Part shown: piece after piece, positions 9,618 through 18,943 of the stretch
Position numbering within the stretch: position 1 is the stretch's first letter
Layout of the letters: each line of letters begins with the position of its first letter
Source: Akkermansia muciniphila
GTDB lineage: Bacteria > Verrucomicrobiota > Verrucomicrobiia > Limisphaerales > UBA9464
Assembly (NCBI GenBank): GCA_945883815.1
Contig: CAMCYJ010000001.1
Coordinates: 235-64,234 of the forward strand
Length of the DNA stretch: 64,000 bases
Direction of reading: 5' to 3'
Notes under the pieces: model-generated
Databases searched by the model: none
What the model was told of the DNA's origin: nothing
What the model saw: the letters and a program-made list of their open reading frames with translations, nothing else
Made by a program: the position numbers and the translations under genes

Positions 9618-11212
9618 GGCCGGATCCTCCTCATGGAAAAGAACGGATGCTCGTCCATCCGATTGGGCCAAATACCACCGATTTTCCGGGGATCGGCGGC
9701 GTAGAGTCCCACGTGGCTGTAAAGGCCAGTCACCGGCACGGCCTCCGTCACCAACAGGGTTTCGGCTTCCCGCAGGATGCCCAACCGGCGTTGAGGATCC
9801 ACCTCCGCGGCCGCCGCCTGAAGCAGTCGATCGTAGCGCACCTCTTTCCATCCTGTCCGGTTGTTGCCGCTGTCGGAGAGGAAACAGTCGAGGAAGGTCA
9901 TGGGGTCGTCGTAATCGCCCACCCAGGATCCACGGATGAAGTCGTAGTTCAGCGCGGACATTTCGGCGAGGTAGGTCTTCCACTCGAGCGGCCGCAATTC
10001 AACCCGGATGCCCAAGTGTTCCCGCAGCATGGCCTGGATTTCCACGCCGGTCTGCTCGTAGATCCTCGAGCCGACATTGAAGGTGTATTCCACCACCGGA
10101 AACCCCCGCCCCTCCGGATACCCGGCCTCGGCCAACAGGCGTCGGGCGGACACCGGATCCCAGGGAACCCCAGCGGGCGGTTGGTATCCCCCGGCGCCCG
10201 CGGGAGTCACCGCGGCACTGGGCCGCTCGCCCATTCGGGTGATGCGGGCGGTGATCCGAGGCCGATCCAACGACATGGCCACGGCCCGACGGACCCGGGC
10301 ATCGTGGAAGGGTTTGCGTGTGGTGTTGAAGCGGATGAAGTCTTGTCCGAGGTAATCGAATCGATGGAAGTCGGGCCGCTGCGCCAATTCAGGCCCCAGT
10401 TCTCCCGGGATGATCTTGCGGTCGGAAATGAGGTCCACCTCGCCTTTCAGAAAGAGGTTGAGGGCGGTGGAGGGATTGTCTCCGCTCAAGATGTCGATGC
10501 GTTCGGCCGTCACCTGGGCGGCGTCCCAGTAGTGCGGATTGCGCGCCAAACGGAAGCGGTCATTCACCCGCCAACCCAAGAGCCGATAAGGACCACTGCA
10601 GGGCAAGGGTTCGGCCCGGATCCATTGATCTCCCAAACGTTCCACCGCTCGGCGTGGGATAGGGAAAAACACCCGGGAAGCCGCTAGCTCCAGAAAGTAG
10701 GGCGTGGGGTTCTCGAGGTGGACGCGGACCGTATGGGCATCGAGCGCCTCAGCTCCCAACCGGGATGTGTCTCGGATTTCGCCATTCACGATGGGCCGCC
10801 CATTGCGGACGCAGAAGAACTGGCTGGCATAATCGGCCGCCGTAGCCGGAGTGACCGCGCGCCGCCACGACCACACCACCTCGTCGGCTTCCATTGGCTC
10901 ACCGGTGGACCAGCGGGCGTCCGGGCGAAGGTAGAAGGTGTAGGTGAGACCATCGGCAGAGATGTCCCAATGCGAGGCCAACCCGGGCATGGCCGTACCG
11001 TTGGTCGGATTGAACCGCGTCAAACCCTCGAACAGCGCCGACGCGATGCGGCCATCGGCCTGCCCTGTGAGGATTTGCGGATCGATGGTCTCCGGTTCCG
11101 GGCCATTGTGCAGGACCAGGTCGGCCCGTTCTGCCTGAGAACAGCCCGCAAAAAACCATGCACCCGCTATCAAGGCCAGGCCCAGAGCCCGAACGGCTCC
11201 CCAGGGGCCCAT
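9614..11212 (-). CDS. oppA: Peptide ABC transporter substrate-binding lipoprotein OppA
   Basis: Lipobox FFAGC, PETIDP, LFEGL, TYTFYLRPDARWS, WVGDYDDP. Start estimated. Confidence 0.85.
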   Translation of the reverse strand: MGPWGAVRALGLALIAGAWFFAGCSQAERADLVLHNGPEPETIDPQILTGQADGRIASALFEGLTRFNPTNGTAMPGLASHWDISADGLTYTFYLRPDARWSTGEPMEADEVVWSWRRAVTPATAADYASQFFCVRNGRPIVNGEIRDTSRLGAEALDAHTVRVHLENPTPYFLELAASRVFFPIPRRAVERLGDQWIRAEPLPCSGPYRLLGWRVNDRFRLARNPHYWDAAQVTAERIDILSGDNPSTALNLFLKGEVDLISDRKIIPGELGPELAQRPDFHRFDYLGQDFIRFNTTRKPFHDARVRRAVAMSLDRPRITARITRMGERPSAAVTPAGAGGYQPPAGVPWDPVSARRLLAEAGYPEGRGFPVVEYTFNVGSRIYEQTGVEIQAMLREHLGIRVELRPLEWKTYLAEMSALNYDFIRGSWVGDYDDPMTFLDCFLSDSGNNRTGWKEVRYDRLLQAAAAEVDPQRRLGILREAETLLVTEAVPVTGLYSHVGLYAADPRKIGGIWPNRMDEHPFFSMRRIRP

Positions 11213-11243
11213 GGATCCAACCAGCCCAGACCACCTTCGCAGG

Positions 11244-11284
11244 CAACAAAAAGCCCCCGTCTTTCGAACGAGGGCGTTTTGTTG
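11244..11284 (-). terminator. Intrinsic terminator downstream of secG
   Basis: CAACAAAAAGCCCCCGT...ACGAGGGCGTTTTGTTG inverted repeat with A/T tails. Confidence 0.6.
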
Positions 11285-11298
11285 AACCGGACAGTGGA

Positions 11299-11709
11299 TC
11301 ACTTCGCAGCAGGGGCGGCAGGGGCGGCAGCGGGCACCTTCGGTGCAGCAGCCGAGTTGGTCAGCGAGATGAGAGCATTGGCCGCAGGCGCAGCCGTAGT
11401 TGCAGGGACTGCAGCCTCGGAGCGGCTCACCGCCTCGCGCACGGCCTTGGCCGCGGCGGCAGAACTGTTCTTCATGCTGCCCAACCAGGCCAAGAGGATG
11501 CACAGGCCCAGAAAAATGCCGCCGGTCCACTTGGTAATGGTGGTCAGCGCGCTGCCTGCGCCGGCACCCAACAGGGTGTCCACCGCGCCGGAACCGAACG
11601 CCATGCCCATGCCCGCTTCTTTCTTGGGAAGCTGAATCAGAACCAGCAGACCCAGAAGGAGGCACACCACAACGAGGACGAAACTCAGAAGACCAATCAG
11701 GATACCCAT
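11299..11709 (-). CDS. secG: Preprotein translocase subunit SecG
   Basis: Two TM helices, LVLIQ...GMGMAFGSG...LTTITKW; follows tpiA; Ala/Pro-rich tail. Confidence 0.88.
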   Translation of the reverse strand: MGILIGLLSFVLVVVCLLLGLLVLIQLPKKEAGMGMAFGSGAVDTLLGAGAGSALTTITKWTGGIFLGLCILLAWLGSMKNSSAAAAKAVREAVSRSEAAVPATTAAPAANALISLTNSAAAPKVPAAAPAAPAAK

Positions 11710-11767
11710 GATATTGAACAGTTGGGGGAGGAAAAGTTGGGGGAGAAGTTAAAGTCGGAGAAAAGAC

Positions 11768-12532
11768 TCAGATCGAGTTTTTGATGATTTCCACGAAACC
11801 CTTGGATTCCAAAGAAGCGCCACCGACCAGCGCGCCGTCGATGTCGGGCTGCTGGAGCAATTCACGGGCATTGGAGCCCTTCACGCTGCCGCCGTACTGG
11901 ATGCGGACGCGACGGGCGATAGCCTCACCGTGCATCGAGACCAGGACCTTGCGGATGAACGCATGAACCTCTTGGGCCTGGGCGCTGGTGGCCGTTTTGC
12001 CGGTGCCAATGGCCCAGACGGGCTCGTAGGCGAGAACGGTCGATTCCACCTGCTCGGCCGTCAGACCGGCGAGGCTGCCGCGGAGCTGGGTCTCAACGAC
12101 CTTCTCGGTGATGTTGGCCTCGCGCTCGGCGAGGGTTTCACCCACGCAGACGATGGGGATCAGGTTGTTTGCGTGGGCATTGGCGGCCTTCTTGGCGACC
12201 AGAGCATCGGATTCTTTCTGGAACTGACGACGCTCGCTGTGTCCGAGGATCACGTAGCGCACCGACAACTCACGGAGCATGCCCGGGGCGATCTCACCGG
12301 TGAAGGCGCCGTAGCCCGAGTCGCTGAGGTTCTGAGCACCCAGACGGATGTTCGAACCCAAGATGAGCTTGGAAACGTCGGAAAGGGCCGTGAATGCGGG
12401 GCAAACCACCACATCCACTTCCTTCACCGCGGCCAACTCGCGAATCAGGTCGGTGACCAAGGCCACCGCCTCGGAGTTGGTCTTGTTGCTCTTCCAGTTA
12501 CCGGCAACGATCAATTTACGCTCTTTGTCCAT
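11768..12532 (-). CDS. tpiA: Triosephosphate isomerase
   Basis: AGNWK, GHSERR, AYEPVWAIGTG, YGGSV, LVGGASL. Confidence 0.97.
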   Translation of the reverse strand: MDKERKLIVAGNWKSNKTNSEAVALVTDLIRELAAVKEVDVVVCPAFTALSDVSKLILGSNIRLGAQNLSDSGYGAFTGEIAPGMLRELSVRYVILGHSERRQFQKESDALVAKKAANAHANNLIPIVCVGETLAEREANITEKVVETQLRGSLAGLTAEQVESTVLAYEPVWAIGTGKTATSAQAQEVHAFIRKVLVSMHGEAIARRVRIQYGGSVKGSNARELLQQPDIDGALVGGASLESKGFVEIIKNSI

Positions 12533-12623
12533 GCGAAGCAGATCAGGAACAATAGCCACCGCCCGGTTTGCGTAAAGAGGGAAAAACCTTCCTGAGTACA
12601 CCTCTTCCATCCAACCCTCCCAA

Positions 12624-12664
12624 GCTCAATCGGCGTTCGGCTTGAAGCGGTCGGTGCTCCGGGC
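12624..12664. repeat. 41-bp direct repeat, copy 1 (duplicate of the pilT 3' end)
   Basis: GCTCAATCGGCGTTCGGCTTGAAGCGGTCGGTGCTCCGGGC, identical to 17005-17045. Confidence 0.92.
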
Positions 12665-12850
12665 ACAAACAACTTCCCGGACCCGCGGATAGGATTGAGT
12701 CCGCCGTTCTAACGCCACCCGACAAATGTGCAAAGAATGGGAGGGCTGGCGCGCTCCGCCGAAGGCAAACTCGTTCATCGACGATTCCAGTGTCGCGGCA
12801 ACTCAGTCGGCAAGAGATTGCCGGTGGTCGAGACGGTGCACGAGAAAGTG

Positions 12851-14326
12851 CTATGCGATGATCTGGTTGAGCACTTCGCCGCCGATATCGGTCAGTCGGC
12901 GGATGCGTCCATCGTAATGGTAGGTCAGGTTCCCGTCGTCGAGGCCGAGGAGGTTGAGGAGAGTTGCGTGCACGTCGCGGATGGGGATGGGTTTGTCTGC
13001 GGCGCAGAGGCTGAAGTCGTCAGTCCCGCCGGCCGTGGCTCCACCTTTGACGTCGCCTCCCGCCATCCACATGCAGAGCGCGTGGCCGTTGTGGTCGCGT
13101 CCAACTTTATCGCCGATGCTCCCATTGACGAACGAGGTACGACCCATCTCTGAGGCCCAAACGACGAGGGTTTCGTCGAGTAACCCCCGCCGCTTCAAAT
13201 CCGCCAGCAACCCTGCCACCGGCAAGTCCACCTCGCGACTGTGTTTGATCATGCCGTCTTTCACGTTCCCATGGTCGTCCCAACTGTCTTTGCCGATCTG
13301 CACACCGTGCAACAGGAGCGTGTGGCGCACGCCCCGCTCGACAAGGCGCCTGGCCAACAGACACTGGCGCCCAAAGCCGGCTGTCTTCGGATCGTTGAGA
13401 CCGTAAAGGGCCTTGGTCTCGTCCGTTTCGCCGGCGAGATCAACGAGTTCCGGTGCAGCAGTCTGCATGCGGAAGGCCAGTTCGTAGGCGCTGATGCGAG
13501 CCTCGAGTTCACTGTCCTGGCCGCCGTGGCCCAGATGCCGGCGGTTAAGCCAGGCAAGTGCGTCAAATTCTTGTCGTTGCTGCGCAGCACTCACACCTTC
13601 GGGCCGGGCCAAATCCACAATCGGCGTGCCGGTGGGACGCAGGAAGGTGCCCTGGTAAGCTGCAGGTAAATAGCCGTTGCTCCAGACCGCCGCACCGTTC
13701 GTGGGCGCACCGCGGGGATCTTGGATGACGACGTAGCCCGGCAGGTTCTGGTTCGCGCTGCCGAGCCCGTATTGCACCCATGAGCCGACCGACGGGCTAC
13801 CAGGAAACTGGCTGCCGGTGGCAACGTGGAGTGTGGCGGGGCCATGATTCTGGTTGTCCACCTGGATGCCGTGGATGAACGCGAGATCGTCCACGTGCCG
13901 GGCAAGGTTGGGAAACAATTCGGAAACGTAACGACGCGACAGCCCATGCTGCTGAAATTTGAAGGGGCTCCCCACGCACTGATGGGCAAACGTCAGGCGG
14001 CCTTGCAGTTCGCCAGATGCGATCTTGGGGATGTGCGGAATTTGTTTGCCATGAAACTCGTTCAGCTTCGGCTTATACTCGAACGAATCCACCTGACTGA
14101 CGCCACCGCACATGAAGAGCATGATGCAATTCTTTGCCTTGCGAGGAAGTGGCGCCGCCTTGACGACCAACGGATCGACCATAGCGGCAGCGCCTCTCGC
14201 CTCGCGTGCCATGAGGCTCGTGAGAGCGAGTCCGCCGAAGCCATGGAACATCCGCCCAAGGAATTCCCGGCGGCTGGAACCGGATCCCTTGAACCACAGT
14301 TCACCTTGGTATGGATTATTGGACAT
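12851..14326 (-). CDS. DUF1501 domain protein (Tat-type signal)
   Basis: SRREFL twin-arginine motif, LFMCGGVSQVDSFEYKP, LLARRLVERGVR, WDDH, SEMGRT, GRDHN. Confidence 0.9.
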   Translation of the reverse strand: MSNNPYQGELWFKGSGSSRREFLGRMFHGFGGLALTSLMAREARGAAAMVDPLVVKAAPLPRKAKNCIMLFMCGGVSQVDSFEYKPKLNEFHGKQIPHIPKIASGELQGRLTFAHQCVGSPFKFQQHGLSRRYVSELFPNLARHVDDLAFIHGIQVDNQNHGPATLHVATGSQFPGSPSVGSWVQYGLGSANQNLPGYVVIQDPRGAPTNGAAVWSNGYLPAAYQGTFLRPTGTPIVDLARPEGVSAAQQRQEFDALAWLNRRHLGHGGQDSELEARISAYELAFRMQTAAPELVDLAGETDETKALYGLNDPKTAGFGRQCLLARRLVERGVRHTLLLHGVQIGKDSWDDHGNVKDGMIKHSREVDLPVAGLLADLKRRGLLDETLVVWASEMGRTSFVNGSIGDKVGRDHNGHALCMWMAGGDVKGGATAGGTDDFSLCAADKPIPIRDVHATLLNLLGLDDGNLTYHYDGRIRRLTDIGGEVLNQIIA

Positions 14327-16490
14327 AGACAAACTCGTTGGAATTGAGCAGCACGCGACAAACTGCGGCCAGCGCATCGCTGCTATCCGCACTCGATTTC
14401 ATCAGCGCTTGCATACGTTCGGATTCATCGGGTGCAGGCTCGCGACCGAGCGCGATCTTGAAGGCCAGTTGGATTTGGGCCGCTGCTGAGTCACCTGCCT
14501 CTTTGCGGACGCGCGCGGAAAAGTGGGTGGCCTCTTCGTTGGCGAAGCGCCCGTTGTACATGGCCAGCGCCTGCAATGGCGTCACCGAGGCCTGCCGGCG
14601 GTCGCGCGTGCCATCGCACACCACCGAGTCGAAGGTTTGCATCAACGGCATAGTCATCGAGCGTTGCTGATAGATGTAGACGCTGCGCTTCCGTCCCTCG
14701 GCACCTTCCTGCGTGGCCCACTTGCTGTTGTCGTATTTGACTTCCTCAGCCAACCCATCGGGCAACGGCGGGAAGATCGGAAGCCCATACTGTTCCGCGT
14801 TCAATCGTCCGCTCACCACGAGCACGGAGTCCCGCACGGCCTCTGCTTCAAGGCGCCGCGAACGGAAATGCCAAAGGAGCGCGTTCTCCGGATCGGCCGC
14901 CTCCGCCTCAGGATCGTGATGCCGGGAGGACTGGCGATAGGTGGCGGAGTTGAGGATCAGCCGGTGCATGGCCTTGACGCTCCAATTGGAGTCGGTGAAC
15001 CGGCGTGCCAGCCAGTCGATCAATTCCGGGTGCGAGGCGCCGCCGCTGAGTTTGCCGAAATCGCTCGGCGTGGCCACGAGGCCGCGCCCGAAATGCCAGT
15101 CCCAAAGCCGATTGACCATCACGCGCGCCGTCATCGGGTTGTTGGTGCGCGCGATCCACTGGGCGAGCGCGAGGCGGCGGCTGCGGGTCGGCCAGCGTTT
15201 GAAGGGATCCAGACGGATCGGCGCTGGATCCTGATGACCGGTGATGACGCTGGGAAAGCCGGGCTCAACAACTTCGCCGGGCTTGTCCCATTCGCCGCGA
15301 ATGAGCACACGAGTCTCCGGCACACCAGGCTCGAACGGCGGGCCGTAGGAGTGGCGCAGCGACATGGCGACAGGCTGCAGGCGCTTGAGTTCCTGCTCGA
15401 GCAGGCGAACACGCGTCTTGGCTTTATCCCGCTGAGCGCGTAGCTCCGCGGTCAGAGGAATCTTCGGGGTCGATTTCTTGCCGGCATCCTCAACCTTTTC
15501 CAACGCGGCCACGAGTGAACGAGCCTCGGCCAAATCTGCATTGCGTTGCTCAGAGAGCTTTGTCGCCCACTCCTTTTCTCCCTTGCGATAGAACGACGCT
15601 GGGAGCGGTGCCCCGATCTGATAAATGTCGCCAGGTAGCGGGCGTTCGAGTTGAACCGTCGAGAAGAATGCCTTCAAACGATAGAAGTCCCTCGTCGGAA
15701 TACGATCATACTTGTGATTGTGACATTGTGCGCAACCGATGGTGAGTCCGAGGAAGACGGAACTGACCGTGGAAGTCATTTCACTCAGCATTTCATGGCG
15801 TGAAGCATCACCTCGGGGTTCGGTGAACGGGGCCAGGCGCAGAAAGGTCAGTGCGACGGTGGGTTCGGGCTTGGAACCCGGAAGGTCGCCCGCGCCCATG
15901 ATCTCCTCGGTTTCATCGCCCGCGATCTGTTCGATGACAAATTGATCGTAGGGCTTGTCTTGGTTGAAGGCGTCGATGACGTAATCCCGGTAGCGCCAGG
16001 CGTGTGGCAAATCCGGATCTCCTTCGTAGCCAGCGGTGTCGGCGTAGCGAGCAAGATCAAGCCAGAAACGAGACCAACGTTCGCCGTAACGCCAATCTGC
16101 CAGCAGCTTGTCTACGAGCTTCTCATGGGCCCTGGGATCGGTGTCGTTCACGAACGCGTCCGTTTCGGCAGGCGACGGAGGAAGGCCGATCAAATCGAAG
16201 TACAGCCTTCGAACGAGAGTGCGCGCCGAGGCTGCGGGCGCGGGCGAGAGACCTTTCTGTTCCAGCGCAGCCAGAATGAAGCGGTCAATTCCATTGGTCA
16301 CCCAGCCCTCGTAACGAACCTGCGGCGGGGTGATGTCGGTCACCGGGGTGAAGGGCCAGTCAGCAACGGAATTCGTGGGCGACGGATCCGCACGCAGCAG
16401 AGTCGCCGCAAGACTGGCTGCAAAAAAGCAAATGACGATCGGCACGGTCGAAGTGCGACCAAACGCTGATGTCTTTTGCACCCAGTTCAT
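14316..16490 (-). CDS. DUF1549/DUF1553 (PSCyt2/PSD1) protein
   Basis: IDRFILA, RRLYFDLIGLPP, YGERWSRFWLDLARYADT, CAQCHNHKYD, ARVMVNRLW, HPELIDWLA, TPLQAL, LLNSNEFVY. Confidence 0.9.
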   Translation of the reverse strand: MNWVQKTSAFGRTSTVPIVICFFAASLAATLLRADPSPTNSVADWPFTPVTDITPPQVRYEGWVTNGIDRFILAALEQKGLSPAPAASARTLVRRLYFDLIGLPPSPAETDAFVNDTDPRAHEKLVDKLLADWRYGERWSRFWLDLARYADTAGYEGDPDLPHAWRYRDYVIDAFNQDKPYDQFVIEQIAGDETEEIMGAGDLPGSKPEPTVALTFLRLAPFTEPRGDASRHEMLSEMTSTVSSVFLGLTIGCAQCHNHKYDRIPTRDFYRLKAFFSTVQLERPLPGDIYQIGAPLPASFYRKGEKEWATKLSEQRNADLAEARSLVAALEKVEDAGKKSTPKIPLTAELRAQRDKAKTRVRLLEQELKRLQPVAMSLRHSYGPPFEPGVPETRVLIRGEWDKPGEVVEPGFPSVITGHQDPAPIRLDPFKRWPTRSRRLALAQWIARTNNPMTARVMVNRLWDWHFGRGLVATPSDFGKLSGGASHPELIDWLARRFTDSNWSVKAMHRLILNSATYRQSSRHHDPEAEAADPENALLWHFRSRRLEAEAVRDSVLVVSGRLNAEQYGLPIFPPLPDGLAEEVKYDNSKWATQEGAEGRKRSVYIYQQRSMTMPLMQTFDSVVCDGTRDRRQASVTPLQALAMYNGRFANEEATHFSARVRKEAGDSAAAQIQLAFKIALGREPAPDESERMQALMKSSADSSDALAAVCRVLLNSNEFVYVQ

Positions 16491-17004
16491 TGCCGGTCAT
16501 TCTCTGCTTTGGAGATTAAATGCCAAGCTCAGCCGCGGCCATGGATTATGAAGCCTGGTTGGGGAAAGCTCCTTTGGATGAAAGGTCGGTAATCTGCGGT
16601 TCAGGGTGGTGAGTTCGAGACTTGCAGCCCGTCGGCAGGCACTCCAACTGATCTAACGATCGCGATCCTTGAGGGCACAACGGGCCTGGCCCCAAGGCCA
16701 GAAGAGCCACCGGCTTCGAATCGATCGCGACGATCTGCCGCAGGGAATCAACCAAGGGCTTCGTGGCCCCCAATATCGTCGAAAGAATCCAGTTGGGCGT
16801 CGAAACACGCTGGGGCTTCGTTGGAAGATACCACGCGGACGGAAGGCGTCGCAGAGTTTGAACCTCAGGAAGATCGGTGCAGTCGTTTCAACCCGCATCA
16901 CTGGGGCGCAAATGGGGCTATTTATTTACGATAGGAAAAACTTATTCCCTCCACACCACCGCCAGGCTTTCAGCATAAGAAACCGGCTCCTCCCGCCATC
17001 CCGC

Positions 17005-17045
17005 GCTCAATCGGCGTTCGGCTTGAAGCGGTCGGTGCTCCGGGC
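17005..17045. repeat. 41-bp direct repeat, copy 2 (within the pilT remnant)
   Basis: Identical to 12624-12664; encodes ...RSTDRFKPNAD-stop on the minus strand. Confidence 0.92.
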
Positions 17046-17262
17046 GCGGGAAATGGCCGCATCGTAGGTGATGAGGCACTTCGAGTAGAGGTCGTAGAGG
17101 CAATTGTCCATGAGCACCGAGCCATCGCGGGCCTTCGGCCATGAGAATTTCGCCCGTGACCCGGAAGGCGGGTGGGACTCCGACGATGACGTGCAAATCA
17201 GAGGCACCCAACGAAAAGTCCTCGATGAGCAGTCGATCCATCCGGCGGTGGAGGACATCGGT
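17007..17262 (-). pseudogene. pilT: Internally deleted PilT/PilU-family retraction ATPase
   Basis: MDRLLIEDFSLGASDLHVIVGVPPAFRVTGE (PilT N-terminal ASDLH...PP.R) joined out of frame near 17131 to ARDGSVLMDNCLYDLYSKCLITYDAAISRA (PilT-like C-terminus). Walker A/B core absent. Confidence 0.75.
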
Positions 17263-17382
17263 AACATCTCGCCGGGGGCCAAACCGCAGGCGCCGCGGGC
17301 TGGAACCCAACCATCCGCTCAATTTGGTTGCAGGGTCGAACGCGTTGACGACGGGGTGGATTTGATACATTGATATCGATGT

Positions 17383-17625
17383 ATGAAAACCATCACCGTC
17401 AATGTATCTGAACCGGTGTACGAGGATTTCCAAAGATTTGCCCAAAAGATGGACCGGAAAGCCTCCGAACTCATCCGAGAGGCCATGGAGGCTTACCGCC
17501 AACAGCACATGCTGCGTCGGACTTCGCTACGAGATCGGCGTCCCGCCAGCGTCGGGGGCCCCATCCAACCCATTACCTCCGAAGACGATTTGCTGGGAGA
17601 AATGCTCCATGACCTACGGGATTGA
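17383..17625 (+). CDS. vapB: Ribbon-helix-helix/CopG-type antitoxin
   Basis: MKTITVNVSEPVYEDF...ASELIREAM RHH pattern; overlaps the PIN gene. Confidence 0.75.
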   Translation: MKTITVNVSEPVYEDFQRFAQKMDRKASELIREAMEAYRQQHMLRRTSLRDRRPASVGGPIQPITSEDDLLGEMLHDLRD

Positions 17626-18049
17626 CACCGATTTTCTGGTCGCGGTGGAGATCCGGGATCACCCATTTCACCGGGAAGCCGACGCCTTGCTCCGATCGTT
17701 GCTGGATGACGGGCATGACCTGGCATTGGCACCACAAACCCTCGCGGAGTTCCTGCATGTGGTGACCGACGGGAAACGGATGCCGTCCCCACTGCCCATG
17801 TCCGAAGCCCTCCAACGGGCGGAGCATTGGTGGCAGGCTGCGGAAGTGATCCGGGTCTTCCCTGACGGCCCATCGGTCACAGAATTCCTGGCTTGGATGA
17901 ACCGTCACTCCCTCGGGCGAAAACGACTGTTGGACACGATGCTGGCCGCCCTGATGGCCCAAGCGGGAGTGACCCGGATCGTGACCAACAACGGCCAGGA
18001 TTTTCGAGGCTTCGGTCGCTTTGAAATCGTGCCATTTCGGGGCGACTGA
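17609..18049 (+). CDS. vapC: PIN-domain toxin VapC
   Basis: GIDTDFLV, LAEFLHVVT, LLDTMLAA, IVTNNGQDF acidic PIN residues. Confidence 0.85.
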   Translation: MTYGIDTDFLVAVEIRDHPFHREADALLRSLLDDGHDLALAPQTLAEFLHVVTDGKRMPSPLPMSEALQRAEHWWQAAEVIRVFPDGPSVTEFLAWMNRHSLGRKRLLDTMLAALMAQAGVTRIVTNNGQDFRGFGRFEIVPFRGD

Positions 18050-18064
18050 ATCGTTCCGGCTCAG
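18047..18064. repeat. Isolated end of the miniature inverted-repeat family
   Basis: TGAATCGTTCCGGCTCAG; shares GAATCGTTCCGGC with 34016-34028 and 37542-37554. Confidence 0.5.
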
Positions 18065-18154
18065 CGACCGGTGGATTGGGACGATTTCCCACCCGGCGGT
18101 CCCGTCTTCCCCAATCCTTCCCTCCAAGAGGTTTGACGCCTAAAGTCCGCGCCT

Positions 18155-18943
18155 GTGTTTCGGCCGTGCATTGATTTGCGCAATGGGAAGGTGGTCCAAA
18201 TCGTGGGGGGAACCCTCGACGATGCGGGCACTTCGACGCTCACCCGCTTCCAGTCGGAGCATCCGCCCTCCTGGTTTGCCAAACTCTACCAGAAGGACGG
18301 CCTCACCGGCGGGCACGTGATCGCCTTGGGGCCCGGCAACGAGTCCGCCGCGCGCGATGCCCTCGGCGCATGGCCCGGTGGTTTGCAATACGGCGGAGGC
18401 GTGAACCTCGACAACGCCTCGGCCTGGCTCGAGGCCGGGGCCTCGCAGGTCATCGTCACCTCGTGGGTTTTCCGCGACGGACTCCTCGATCGCCAGCGAC
18501 TGGCCGATTTGGTTCAACGCGTCGGCAAGGAACGCCTCGTGCTCGACCTGAGCTGCCGCAAGCGTGACGGCCGCTATTGGGTGGTGACCGACCGTTGGCA
18601 GCGATTCACCTCACTCGAGGTCGATGAGGCAGTGTGCCACGATTTGGCCAAATCCTGTTCCGAGTTCCTCATCCACGCTGTCGATGTCGAAGGCTTGTGT
18701 CAGGGCATTGATCTCGAATTGGTGGAATCCCTCTCCCGCTGGTGCCCCATCCCGGCCACGTACGCGGGAGGGGCCAAGTCCATCGACGACCTCAAGACCG
18801 TGGAACGCGTCGGCAGCGGCCGCATCCACCTGACCATCGGCTCTGCGTTGGACATCTTCGGCGGCTCCGGCGTGCGCTACGCTGACTGCGTCGAATTCAA
18901 CCGATCCACTGCCACCACCTCGACCATTTCGACCTCCCCATGA
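18155..18943 (+). CDS. hisA: ProFAR isomerase, eukaryote (His6)-type HisA
   Basis: FRPCIDLRNGKVVQIVGGTL, GGHVIALG, LVLDLSCRK, EFLIHAVDVEG, LTIGSALDIFGG. Confidence 0.9.
   Translation: MFRPCIDLRNGKVVQIVGGTLDDAGTSTLTRFQSEHPPSWFAKLYQKDGLTGGHVIALGPGNESAARDALGAWPGGLQYGGGVNLDNASAWLEAGASQVIVTSWVFRDGLLDRQRLADLVQRVGKERLVLDLSCRKRDGRYWVVTDRWQRFTSLEVDEAVCHDLAKSCSEFLIHAVDVEGLCQGIDLELVESLSRWCPIPATYAGGAKSIDDLKTVERVGSGRIHLTIGSALDIFGGSGVRYADCVEFNRSTATTSTISTSP

Noticed and set aside
9614-11665. ORF-track N-terminal extensions (oppA to 11665, ALDH to 27496, TPR gene to 23565, phosphatase to 63473)
   Set aside because: They overlap other real genes; downstream starts fit signal peptides and family N-termini better.
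11720-11765. AGTTGGGGGAG duplicated between tpiA and secG; tRNA near secG
   Set aside because: Only two short copies, likely slippage; no tRNA cloverleaf visible on either side of secG.
16500-16980. Integrase or gene remnant inside the direct-repeat-bounded cassette
   Set aside because: Short ORFs on both strands show no recombinase or other recognisable motif; left unannotated.
16942-17508. 188-aa ORF as a real gene
   Set aside because: It combines the antisense of the antitoxin with the pilT 5' fragment.
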